Positions 26,322 to 35,251 of a stretch of DNA of 50,710 bases are shown piece after piece. The position numbers were made by a program, and so were the translations under genes. The notes beneath the pieces are model-generated. The model was not told where the DNA came from. It saw only the letters and a list, made by a program, of their open reading frames with translations, and searched no databases. Location: assembly GCA_964493365.1 (NCBI GenBank), contig CAZBOE010000008.1:281-50990 (forward strand). Reading direction: 5' to 3'. Within the stretch, counting starts at the first letter, position 1, and each line of letters begins with the position of its first letter. The stretch is from an uncultured Tepidisphaeraceae bacterium (GTDB lineage Bacteria; Planctomycetota; Phycisphaerae; Tepidisphaerales; Tepidisphaeraceae).

Positions 26322-27707
26322 CTACGCCCCCTCCTCCCACACCGTCTGCACGTTGGCAAACGCGTGAAGCCCCTCGCGTGAGAGCTCGCGGCCGATGCCG
26401 CTGGCCTTGATGCCGCCGAAGGGAAGCCGCGGGTCGCTGCGAACGGTGGCGTTGATAAAGATGCTCCCCGCGTCGATGCGTGAGGCGATGCGCCGGGCTC
26501 GGCCGCGGTCATCGCACCAGACGCTGGCGCCGAGGCCATATCGGGTGGCGTTGGCGAGTCGGATCGCGTCGTCGTCGTCGGCCGATGCCGCCAGCGCGGC
26601 GACGGGACCGAAGGTCTCCTCCTCCCACGCCGGGTTGCCGGGCGCGGCTTCGACGACGGCAGGGCGGATGTAAAACCCGTCGCGGTGGGTGTCGGCGGGG
26701 CGGTCGCCTCCGCAGAGAAGTCGGCCCCCGGCCTGCCGCGCGGCGTCGATCTGGCGGAGCAGGTTGTCGAGCAGGTCTCGCCGGGCCAGCGGCCCGACCT
26801 GCGTGGCCGGATCGCCCGGATCACCCACGCGCATCGCGCTCATGGCCTCGACAAACGCATCTCGAAAGCGGCTGAAGATCGAGCGATCGACGATGAATCG
26901 CTTTGCCGCGATGCAGCTCTGCCCGGAGTTAAGGCATCGGGCGGCGGCCGCAGTTTTCGCAACGCTCGCAATATCAACCGGCGGCACCACCACAAACGCG
27001 TCCGACCCGCCCAGTTCAAGCACGACCGGCTTGACATACTTCCCACACAAGGCGGCCAGCGATGAGCCTGCCCGTGTGCTGCCGGTGAGCGTGGCCGCCG
27101 CCACCGCGGAATGCGCGATGATCGGCTCCACCGCGTCCACCCCGCAATCGACGTTGACGAAGACGCCCCCGCCCATCGCGGCTTCGTGGAAGCAGCGCGT
27201 GATCAGGTCGGCGCTGCGCGGCACATTGGGCGCATGCTTGAGCAGAGCCACATTGCCGGTCAGCAGGGCGGGGGCGGCGAAGCGGATGACCTGCCACAGC
27301 GGGAAGTTCCACGGCATCACCGCCAGGATCACACCCAAGGGCCGATAGCGCACACACCGCGCCCCACCCGGTCGATCAGGCTCGATCGCCCGTTGCTCGT
27401 CCTGGAGAAAGGCCGGCCCATGACCGGCGACCCACTCGCAGCAGCCGACCGACTTGTCGACCTCGGCAAGTCCCTGCGATACCGGCTTGCCCATCTCGGC
27501 CGCGAACGCACCGGCCAGTTCGTCGCGATGGGCACGCAACACCCCGCCCAACGCGGCAATCGCGCCGGCCCGCTCCGCAACCGTCCTGCCCGACCATCGC
27601 CTGAAGCCATCGGCCGCCGCGTCGATGAGCGGGGCGATCTGGTCGAAGGTGCGGAGGTCGCCAGCCTCCACGGTCTGGCCGGTCGCGGGGTTGGTGAGGG
27701 TTCGCAT
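26322..27707 (-). CDS. NAD(P)-dependent aldehyde dehydrogenase (succinate-semialdehyde dehydrogenase-like)
   Basis: MRTLTNPATGQ..., VLELGGSDAFVV (catalytic Glu region) and NSGQSCIAAKRF (catalytic Cys) are present. The 461-aa length fits the family. Confidence 0.85.
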   Translation of the reverse strand: MRTLTNPATGQTVEAGDLRTFDQIAPLIDAAADGFRRWSGRTVAERAGAIAALGGVLRAHRDELAGAFAAEMGKPVSQGLAEVDKSVGCCEWVAGHGPAFLQDEQRAIEPDRPGGARCVRYRPLGVILAVMPWNFPLWQVIRFAAPALLTGNVALLKHAPNVPRSADLITRCFHEAAMGGGVFVNVDCGVDAVEPIIAHSAVAAATLTGSTRAGSSLAALCGKYVKPVVLELGGSDAFVVVPPVDIASVAKTAAAARCLNSGQSCIAAKRFIVDRSIFSRFRDAFVEAMSAMRVGDPGDPATQVGPLARRDLLDNLLRQIDAARQAGGRLLCGGDRPADTHRDGFYIRPAVVEAAPGNPAWEEETFGPVAALAASADDDDAIRLANATRYGLGASVWCDDRGRARRIASRIDAGSIFINATVRSDPRLPFGGIKASGIGRELSREGLHAFANVQTVWEEGA

Positions 27708-27837
27708 CGTTCGATTGTTTCCCGCCTGCGCAGAAAGTCATCAGGCGTAATTCGCGGCGATCGGAACCGGCTTTGCTCGTGCCTTCGCTCAACCGACCGG
27801 GCCACGGCGGACCGCGGGCACGCCGGGGTGGTGAAGA

Positions 27838-29862
27838 TTGCACAACAGAGGGATGGCGACCATACAGGCAAAAGTGGATCCTCCGGCCTTTGCCGGGGCG
27901 GGCCAGCCGCCGATCGATCCGGCCATGGGCCTGGCGATGCCCCCGAAGCCGCGCCTGCTCAGGCGGCTGCTGGGCTACACGCGCCGGTATCCGCGGCTGG
28001 TGACATCGATCGTCATCTCCGGTGCTGCGGGCATCGCGCTGGCCTTCGTTTATCCTTGGCTCATCGGCACGGTGATCGACACGGTGGTCGCGCCGCAGGG
28101 CGAGTGGGTCGATGCCGACCGCGAATCGCGGCTGCGTATGCTGCGCATGCTGACCGGCATCGGCGTGGCCGCGGCGCTGGCCCACTCGGTCGTGCTCTAC
28201 ATCCGCGGCCACGCCACCGTCACCGTCGGCAACCGCATCGCCCGCGACCTGCGCCGGGCGCTGTATGACCACTTCCAGCGGCTGAGCCTGCAGTTTTATT
28301 CCAAGGAACGCACCGGCACGCTCGTCTCCCGGATGATCCACGACGTCAACAACGCCACAGGGATCATCTATTCCGGCGGGCTGCTTGCGGCGCTCGATGC
28401 CGTCCAGTTCTTCGCGGCTATCGCGCTGCTGTGCGTCGTCAGCATCGAGCTGGCGGCCGCGTGCCTGCTGATCCTGCCGCTCTACGTGATGGCGCTGCGC
28501 TATTTCAACCCGATGCTCCGCGAGGCGGGCGAGCGCGTGGCGAGCAAGATGGGCTCGCTGGGCGGCACGGTGCAGGAACGCCTTGCCGGCATCGCGCTGG
28601 TCAAGGCCTATTCCGCAGAGCAGCGCGAAAGCGCGCTGTGGTCTCGCGAGAACGAAGAGTTCTATGGCCGGGCGATCCGCCAGAGCTCGGTGTCACACCT
28701 CGCCGGCGGCATCACCGAACTGCTCGTCCACTCGGGCACGTGCATCGTCATCGGCTTCGGCGGATACCTGGCGCTCTCGGGCGATCTGACCGCGGGCGAT
28801 CTCACCCGGTTTCTCGGCTATCTCGGCATCCTCTACGGGCCGGTGCGGCGGTTTGCCGACCTCAACACCAGCTATCAGACCTCGTCGGCCGCGATGCGCC
28901 GGGTGTTCCAGGTGCTCGATATCGAGCCCAAGGTCAGCGAGCGCCCCGAGCCCGTCGCCCGCGAGCCGACGCAAGGACACGTGCGATTCGCGAGCGTGCG
29001 GTTCCGATACATTGATGAATCGCCCGAGTCCCAGACCAACATGGACGAAGACCCGCCCCAGGCGTCGACGCCACCGTCGACCTCGCCCGCCGCGGTCGGC
29101 GCGACCGTGCGGACCGACGGCGTCCTCGGTCGGGCAAGGCGGATCGTGCGCGAGCCGAGCAAGTGGATCTTCGACGACCTGAGCTTCGACGTGCCGGCCG
29201 GGCAGCGCGTGGCGCTCGTGGGCCCGAGCGGGTCGGGCAAGACGACGCTGGTGTCGCTGATCCCCCGGCTCTACGACGTTTCCGAGGGCAGCGTCTTCAT
29301 CGACGATATCGATGTCCGCGACTACGCCCTGACCAGCCTCCGCTACAGCATCAGCGTTGTGCAGCAGGAGGCGTTTCTGTTCACCGGCAGCGTGTGGGAC
29401 AACATCCTCTACGGCAAGCCCGACGCGACGCGCGATGAAGTGATCGAGGCGGCCACCGTCGCCAACGCCCACGACTTCATCATGTCGATGCCCCAGGGCT
29501 ATGACACCGCCATTCAGGAGGCGGGGCGAAACCTCTCCGGCGGTCAGCGTCAGCGATTGGCCATCGCCCGGGCGGCCATCCGCAAAAGCCGCATCGTCAT
29601 CCTCGACGAAGCCACCAGCGCCCTCGATACCGAAAGTGAAACGCTTGTGACCGAAGCGCTCAATCGCCTCATGCTCGGGCGGACATGCTTCATCATCGCC
29701 CACCGGCTGTCGACCGTGCGGAGCGTCGACCGCGTCCTGGTGCTCAAAGACGGCCGCATCGTCGAAGACGGCCACCACGACGACCTGATCGCCCGCGCCG
29801 GGTTCTACGCCAGGATGGTCAGGCAGCAGTTTACCGCGAAAGAAAACAGCGACGCGGCCTGA
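27838..29862 (+). CDS. ABC exporter half-transporter (TMD-NBD fusion, MsbA/Sav1866-like), subunit 1 of a probable heterodimer
   Basis: A six-TM-like N-terminal half is followed by Walker A (GPSGSGKTT), the signature LSGGQRQR and Walker B (IVILDEATSALD). The start is uncertain: TTG at 27838 or ATG at 27853. Confidence 0.85.
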   Translation: MHNRGMATIQAKVDPPAFAGAGQPPIDPAMGLAMPPKPRLLRRLLGYTRRYPRLVTSIVISGAAGIALAFVYPWLIGTVIDTVVAPQGEWVDADRESRLRMLRMLTGIGVAAALAHSVVLYIRGHATVTVGNRIARDLRRALYDHFQRLSLQFYSKERTGTLVSRMIHDVNNATGIIYSGGLLAALDAVQFFAAIALLCVVSIELAAACLLILPLYVMALRYFNPMLREAGERVASKMGSLGGTVQERLAGIALVKAYSAEQRESALWSRENEEFYGRAIRQSSVSHLAGGITELLVHSGTCIVIGFGGYLALSGDLTAGDLTRFLGYLGILYGPVRRFADLNTSYQTSSAAMRRVFQVLDIEPKVSERPEPVAREPTQGHVRFASVRFRYIDESPESQTNMDEDPPQASTPPSTSPAAVGATVRTDGVLGRARRIVREPSKWIFDDLSFDVPAGQRVALVGPSGSGKTTLVSLIPRLYDVSEGSVFIDDIDVRDYALTSLRYSISVVQQEAFLFTGSVWDNILYGKPDATRDEVIEAATVANAHDFIMSMPQGYDTAIQEAGRNLSGGQRQRLAIARAAIRKSRIVILDEATSALDTESETLVTEALNRLMLGRTCFIIAHRLSTVRSVDRVLVLKDGRIVEDGHHDDLIARAGFYARMVRQQFTAKENSDAA

Positions 29863-29950
29863 TCGGGCTCGCCATTGCCGATGTGACAACGCCCTTTGCA
29901 CGACGCTAACCCCGCAACCGAGGATTTCGGCTATATTAGTTCGAACACCG

Positions 29951-32020
29951 ATGTCGCAAGCTCAACCAGTCGATGGCCGTTATGTCAGGCGGTTCTTCGC
30001 ATACGCTCTGGATTACCGCTGGCTTCTCGCGGCCGCGATCTTCTCCGGGCTCAGCAAGTTCGGGCTCAACTACACCTTTCCCTGGCTGATCGGCACCGCG
30101 ACCGACACGGTCATTCGCCCCGTCGGCGATGCCGCCGCATGGACCGACTCGCAGCGGGTGGGTCATCTCGAATGGCTCCTGCTGCTTGGGGTTGTGCTGT
30201 CTCTGGCGCACGGCACCTCGACCTACTTCCGCGGGTTTCTCTCCGCCAAGCTCGGCTCACGGATCATCCGCGACCTCAGGCAGGACCTCTTCGATCACCT
30301 TCATCGCCTCTCGCTCCACTTCTATGCCAAGGAGCGGACGGGCAGCATCGTCAGCCGGCTCATCACCGACATCCAGACGGCAAGCCAGATCGTCAACGGC
30401 GGCCTGATCAGCCTGGTGATGGATATCTTCAGCCTGGTCGTCGGCGTCGTGCTGCTGGTGAGCATCGACTGGCGCATCGCCGTGGCCGCGCTGGCGGTGA
30501 TGCCGCTCTATGCGGTGACATTCAAGCTGCTCAACCCGCGGGTGAAAAAGGCGAGCGCCGCGGTCCAGAGCCAGATCAGCAAGATCTCGGGCACCGCCCA
30601 GGAAAAACTCGCCGGCATCGCGCTGGTCAAGACCTATGCCGCAGAGCGGCGCGAGAGCGACCGGTTCAAGGAAGACACCGAAGAGCACTACGACCGCGTC
30701 ATCCAGCAATCGACACTGGCACAGAGCGTGTCATCGATCTCCGAGACGCTGGTTCACCTCGGGCAGACCATCGTCATCGGGCTGGGCGGCTGGCTGGCCA
30801 TCCGCGGCGACATGACCGCCGGCGATGTGATCAAATCGATCGGCTATCTCGCGGTGATGTATCTGCCGGTCCGCCGGTTTGCCGAGATCAACGTGGTCTA
30901 TGCCACATCGTTGGCGGCCATCGAGCGGGTGTTTCAGGTCTTTGACATCACGCCCAAGATGTTCGAGAAGCCCGACGCCGTGCGGCAGAAGCCGACCGGC
31001 GGGCGCGTGGCCTTCGAAGGCGTCTGCTTCGATTACACCGACGACAGCGACGAGACCCGCATTCGCCTCGAAGACCACGACGGGCCGGCGGCGTCGAAAC
31101 AGAACGGCGCGCGGCGCGACCCGGGCAGTCTCACTCCCGCCGCCCACAACAGCGCCAAGCACAGCGGCGCCACGCACAGCAGCCCCACGCACAGCGGCCC
31201 CACGCACAGAGGCCCCACGAATATTGGCCCCCATCACCCCGGCGACGACACGCCCTCACCCGACCGCGCCGCGCCCACCGGCGAAGGCGACCTGCGACCG
31301 CGGAAATGGGTGCTCGATGATCTGTCATTCACCGTCGAGCCGGGCGAGAAGATCGCCCTGGTGGGCCCGAGCGGGTCGGGCAAGACCACGCTCGTGTCGT
31401 TGCTGCCCCGGCTCTATGACCCCAACCGCGGCCGCATCGCCGTCGACGGCGTCGACCTTCGCGATTACAGCCTGCGTCACCTCCGCAAGGCGATCGGCAT
31501 TGTCCAGCAGGATAGCCTGCTCTTCAGCGGCACCATCCGCGAAAACCTCTGCTACGGCCGGCCCAAGGCCACGCAGGCCCAGATCGAAGAGGCCGCCCGC
31601 GCCGCCAATGCCCACGATTTCATCCTCGACCTCGAGGGCGGCTATGACGCCCGCATCGGCGAGCGCGGCGTCACGCTCTCGGGCGGTCAGCGCCAGCGCA
31701 TCTCCATCGCCCGGGCCCTGCTCAAAGACCCGCGCATTCTCATCCTCGATGAAGCAACCAGCGCCCTCGATTCCGAGAGCGAGTTCCTCGTTCAACAGGC
31801 GCTGGCCAGACTGATGGTGGGTCGGACCTGCTTCATCATCGCCCACCGCCTCTCGACCGTTCGCGACGCCGACCGGATCCTCGTCCTGCAGGCCGGGCGA
31901 ATCGTCGAGACCGGAACGCACACGCAGCTGCTCGAAGGACAGGGCCTGTATTCCCGCCTGTGCCGGCAGCAATTCGGCCTGGAAACCCCGGCCCCGGCCC
32001 CGCTGGCCACCGCCTCGTGA
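29951..32020 (+). CDS. ABC exporter half-transporter (TMD-NBD fusion), subunit 2 of a probable heterodimer
   Basis: The architecture matches the upstream gene: GPSGSGKTT, LSGGQRQR and ILILDEATSALD. Confidence 0.85.
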   Translation: MSQAQPVDGRYVRRFFAYALDYRWLLAAAIFSGLSKFGLNYTFPWLIGTATDTVIRPVGDAAAWTDSQRVGHLEWLLLLGVVLSLAHGTSTYFRGFLSAKLGSRIIRDLRQDLFDHLHRLSLHFYAKERTGSIVSRLITDIQTASQIVNGGLISLVMDIFSLVVGVVLLVSIDWRIAVAALAVMPLYAVTFKLLNPRVKKASAAVQSQISKISGTAQEKLAGIALVKTYAAERRESDRFKEDTEEHYDRVIQQSTLAQSVSSISETLVHLGQTIVIGLGGWLAIRGDMTAGDVIKSIGYLAVMYLPVRRFAEINVVYATSLAAIERVFQVFDITPKMFEKPDAVRQKPTGGRVAFEGVCFDYTDDSDETRIRLEDHDGPAASKQNGARRDPGSLTPAAHNSAKHSGATHSSPTHSGPTHRGPTNIGPHHPGDDTPSPDRAAPTGEGDLRPRKWVLDDLSFTVEPGEKIALVGPSGSGKTTLVSLLPRLYDPNRGRIAVDGVDLRDYSLRHLRKAIGIVQQDSLLFSGTIRENLCYGRPKATQAQIEEAARAANAHDFILDLEGGYDARIGERGVTLSGGQRQRISIARALLKDPRILILDEATSALDSESEFLVQQALARLMVGRTCFIIAHRLSTVRDADRILVLQAGRIVETGTHTQLLEGQGLYSRLCRQQFGLETPAPAPLATAS
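31153..31242 (+). repeat. In-frame 15-nt tandem repeat (about 6 units) encoding AKHSG-ATHSS-PTHSG-PTHRG-PTNIG-PHHPG inside ABC subunit 2
   Basis: Direct reading: gccaagcacagcggc / gccacgcacagcagc / cccacgcacagcggc / cccacgcacagaggc and so on. Confidence 0.85.
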
Positions 32021-32336
32021 CCGTCGCACCACCCGCAACACGGGCGCTGCGCACAACGGCAACTCACCGATCGGCATTGCCCCCGATGAAATAACAACCG
32101 ATGACACAACAACCGATGACGTGACGCCCGATGACGTAACGCGCGATCGCGTGGCCCCCGGATCGCGCTGCCCGCGGTGCAACTGACCCCGGTGCCACTG
32201 GCCCGATAGCGCGGCCCACAACCCCGACCCCCAGGGATCGCCGACCACGATAGGTCTGCCACGATCGACCGGCCCACGATCGACCTGACCGTGTTGGGGT
32301 TGCCCAGGGCGGGCACGGTTGCGTCTTGAGAAAGGC

Positions 32337-33578
32337 TTAGATCTTCCGGAGCACCAGCGTGGCGTTGTGCCCGCCGAAGCCGAAGCTGTTGGACATCGCG
32401 ACGGTCACCTTGCGGTCCTTCGCCCGGGGGGGGGTGAAGTCGAGGTCGCAGCCGTCGTCGGGGTTGTCGAGGTTGATGGTGGGCGGGATCAGGTTGCGTG
32501 ACACCGCCATCGCCGAGATCACCGCCTCGACCGCGCCGCTGGCGCCCAGCAGGTGCCCGAGCTGGCTCTTGGTCGAGCTGATCGACGCCCGGTAGGCCGC
32601 CGGCCCGAAGACCGCCTTGACCGCCTGCACCTCGGCCAGATCGCCCAGCTTGGTGCTCGTGCCGTGCGCGTTGACGTAGTCGACCTGATCGGGCGACACA
32701 CCCGCGTCGGCCAGCGCCAGCTTCATCGACATCGCCGCGCCCAGCCCGCTCTCGTGGGGAGCGGTGATGTGATACGCGTCGGCAGACATGCCATAGCCGG
32801 CGAGCTCGGCATAGATCCGCGCGTTGCGCTTCTTCGCGGCCTCATACTCTTCGAGGATGACGATGCCCGCGCCCTCGCCCATGACAAAGCCGTCGCGGTC
32901 GCGGTCCCACGGGCGGCTCGCCAGCGTGGGCTGGTCGTTTCGCGTCGACAGCGCCCGGGCGGCGCAGAAGCTGGCCATGCCCAGTTCGCACAGCGTGGCT
33001 TCCGACCCGCCGGCGATCATGACGTCCGCCACGCCGTGCTGGATAAACCGGGCCGCGTCGCCGATGGCGTTCGAGCCGGTCGCACACGCGGTGGCCACGG
33101 TGGTGTTGGGGCCCTGGAGCCCGAAGAGAATCGAGACGTTTCCGCTCGCCGCGTTGGCCATCAGCCTCGGCACGGTGAACGGCGAGACGCGCGAAACGCC
33201 GCGCTCCATGAGAATCTTGTTCTGTTCCTGGAGGGTCTCGATGCCGCCGATGCCCGAGCCGATCACCACGCCGCAGCGGGTGCGGTCGAACTGGCTAAAG
33301 TCGATGCCCGAGTCCTTGACCGCGTTGACCGAGGCGGCAATGCCGAACTGCCCGAACCGGTCGAGCCGCTTGGCTTCGCGGGGGTCGACACCATAGCGGG
33401 TGACGTCGAATGCCGTGCACTCGCCGCCGAACCGCGTCGGAAAGCTGGAAGAGTCCCACCGGGTGACAGGGCCGATGCCCGACTTGCCGGCGCACAGGGC
33501 CTCCCACATCTGGTCGGTGGATTCGCCCAGGGACGTGATAACACCCAGCCCTGTGATGACAACGCGACGTTTACTCAT
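32337..33578 (-). CDS. fabF: 3-oxoacyl-[ACP] synthase II
   Basis: MSKRRVVITGLGVITSLG, the active-site region ATACATG and HGTST...GHLLGA are present. The ATG at 33578 was chosen within the longer ORF. Confidence 0.9.
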   Translation of the reverse strand: MSKRRVVITGLGVITSLGESTDQMWEALCAGKSGIGPVTRWDSSSFPTRFGGECTAFDVTRYGVDPREAKRLDRFGQFGIAASVNAVKDSGIDFSQFDRTRCGVVIGSGIGGIETLQEQNKILMERGVSRVSPFTVPRLMANAASGNVSILFGLQGPNTTVATACATGSNAIGDAARFIQHGVADVMIAGGSEATLCELGMASFCAARALSTRNDQPTLASRPWDRDRDGFVMGEGAGIVILEEYEAAKKRNARIYAELAGYGMSADAYHITAPHESGLGAAMSMKLALADAGVSPDQVDYVNAHGTSTKLGDLAEVQAVKAVFGPAAYRASISSTKSQLGHLLGASGAVEAVISAMAVSRNLIPPTINLDNPDDGCDLDFTPPRAKDRKVTVAMSNSFGFGGHNATLVLRKI

Positions 33579-33899
33579 GAGGCATGCGATCCGGAAGAAG
33601 ATCAAGGTTGCCCGAATCGACCGGGCCCACCGCAAACCGGGCGGCTCCCGCGACACCGGAGGGCATTATATCCCTTTCTGCGGTGTCGAGTCGCCCATGA
33701 TCGGACTGTCAAAGCCCGCGGCACTGGCGGTTAGCGTCCCGCGCGGCGACACCCGGACAACCCTCGCCCGACGACAACCCTCAACCGCCCGACCAAGCCG
33801 GTACGGCAAACGGCTCACCAGCGTTCCAATCAATGACGTCCCGATCGCGGGCCGCCACGGACCGGGCTCGACCGCCGACCGCGAGGTCGCGAGCCGACG

Positions 33900-34139
33900 T
33901 CACTTGTTGGTGTGACCCTTGATGTAGTCGATCGCCTGACCGACGGTCTGAATCTTCTCGGCTTCTTCGTCGGGAATGGACAGTTCGAATTCGTCTTCAA
34001 ACTCCATGACCAACTCGACGGTGTCCAACGAGTCGGCGTTGAGGTCGTTGATGAAGTGGGTTTCGCGAGTGATCTCGCTCTTGTCCACGCCCATCTGCTC
34101 GCTGACGATCTCGATCACCTTGGACTCGATTTCTTCCAT
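33900..34139 (-). CDS. acpP: Acyl carrier protein
   Basis: [23 protein letters not shown]...[19 protein letters not shown] carries the DSLD phosphopantetheine attachment site. The protein is 79 aa. Confidence 0.95.
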   Translation of the reverse strand: MEEIESKVIEIVSEQMGVDKSEITRETHFINDLNADSLDTVELVMEFEDEFELSIPDEEAEKIQTVGQAIDYIKGHTNK

Positions 34140-34282
34140 ATCTGTTCCACCTGGCCCCGAGAGGCCTTGACCTGTCAGGTCGTGACCGGACGGGCGGGGC
34201 TGCCCCCGATACTTCCCGGCCGACTGTCCTGACCCGCCGCCCCCGCCTCGCCCGTTTATCGGGCCCAAGACCGGGGAAGCAG

Positions 34283-34310
34283 ACTATAACGGTGGTACCA
34301 CCGTTTGCAA
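34283..34310 (-). promoter_or_regulatory. Sigma-70-like promoter for acpP (TTGCAA-16 nt-TATAGT) whose spacer is a perfect palindrome
   Basis: The minus-strand reads TTGCAA ACGGTGGTACCACCGT TATAGT. AACGGTGGTACCACCGTT (34288-34305) is an 18-bp perfect palindrome. Confidence 0.55.
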
Positions 34311-34450
34311 ACGACGCCCTAGCGCCGCTCGGGGTACCCTTTCACTGCACTGCAACTCCGTGCCCAACAACCGCTTGGAGCTGTTTCCTGTCCGCCTTTC
34401 ACGCCCGGTTACGGCCCCCGTTGCCGGCGCCGTCGACCCGGGCGGGGCGG

Positions 34451-35197
34451 TCACATCACCATGCCGCCATCCACGCACAGCACCTGACCGGTGATGTAGC
34501 TTGCTTCCGGGGAGGCCAGAAACGCCACCGCGGCGGCGACCTCTTCACCCGTGCCAAAGCGCTTGAGCGGGATAAAGCCCAGCACGCCTTGCTTGATGTT
34601 GTCATTGAGCACGTCAGTCATGTCGGTGGTGATAAACCCCGGCGCGATCACGTTGGCGGTGATCTGCTTGCTCGCCAGTTCCTTGGCGACCGACTTGGTC
34701 AGACCGATCAGGCCCGCCTTCGAGGCGGCATAGTTGGCCTGCCCCGCGTTGCCCGCCACGCCCGAGACGCTGCTGATGTTGATGATCCGGCCGCCCTTGG
34801 CGCGCATCAGCGGACGCGCCGCCGTGCGGATCGCGACAAACGCGCTCTTGAGGTTGGTGTCTATGACGGTGTCAAAGTCGGCGTCTTCCATCCGCAGGAT
34901 CAGCCCGTCGCGCGTGATGCCGGCGTTGTTGACCAGGATGTCCAGGCGGTCGTGCTTGTCGGCAGCGGCTTCGATCGCCTTGGCCAGCGACGCCGGATCG
35001 GCGATGTCGCACACCACCGCCTCGGCCGACCCGCCCGCCGAGGTCACCGCGCCCACCACCGCTTCGAGCTTGTCGAGCTGGCGCGCCACCGCGACGACAT
35101 GCACGTTGTCTTTCGCCAGCCGGCGAACAATCGCCGCGCCGATGCCGCGGGAGCCGCCGGTCACGAATGCCACTCGCTTCTCATTCATAGTCGTCAT
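34451..35197 (-). CDS. fabG: 3-oxoacyl-[ACP] reductase
   Basis: VAFVTGGSRGIG and NAG...YAASKAG (SDR catalytic YxxxK) are present. The protein is 248 aa, and the fab cluster context supports the call. Confidence 0.9.
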   Translation of the reverse strand: MTTMNEKRVAFVTGGSRGIGAAIVRRLAKDNVHVVAVARQLDKLEAVVGAVTSAGGSAEAVVCDIADPASLAKAIEAAADKHDRLDILVNNAGITRDGLILRMEDADFDTVIDTNLKSAFVAIRTAARPLMRAKGGRIINISSVSGVAGNAGQANYAASKAGLIGLTKSVAKELASKQITANVIAPGFITTDMTDVLNDNIKQGVLGFIPLKRFGTGEEVAAAVAFLASPEASYITGQVLCVDGGMVM

Positions 35198-35251
35198 GGG
35201 CGGCGATGCGCCCCGTCCTCATGTCTTCCCTGATCTCAAACATCCCCGCCA

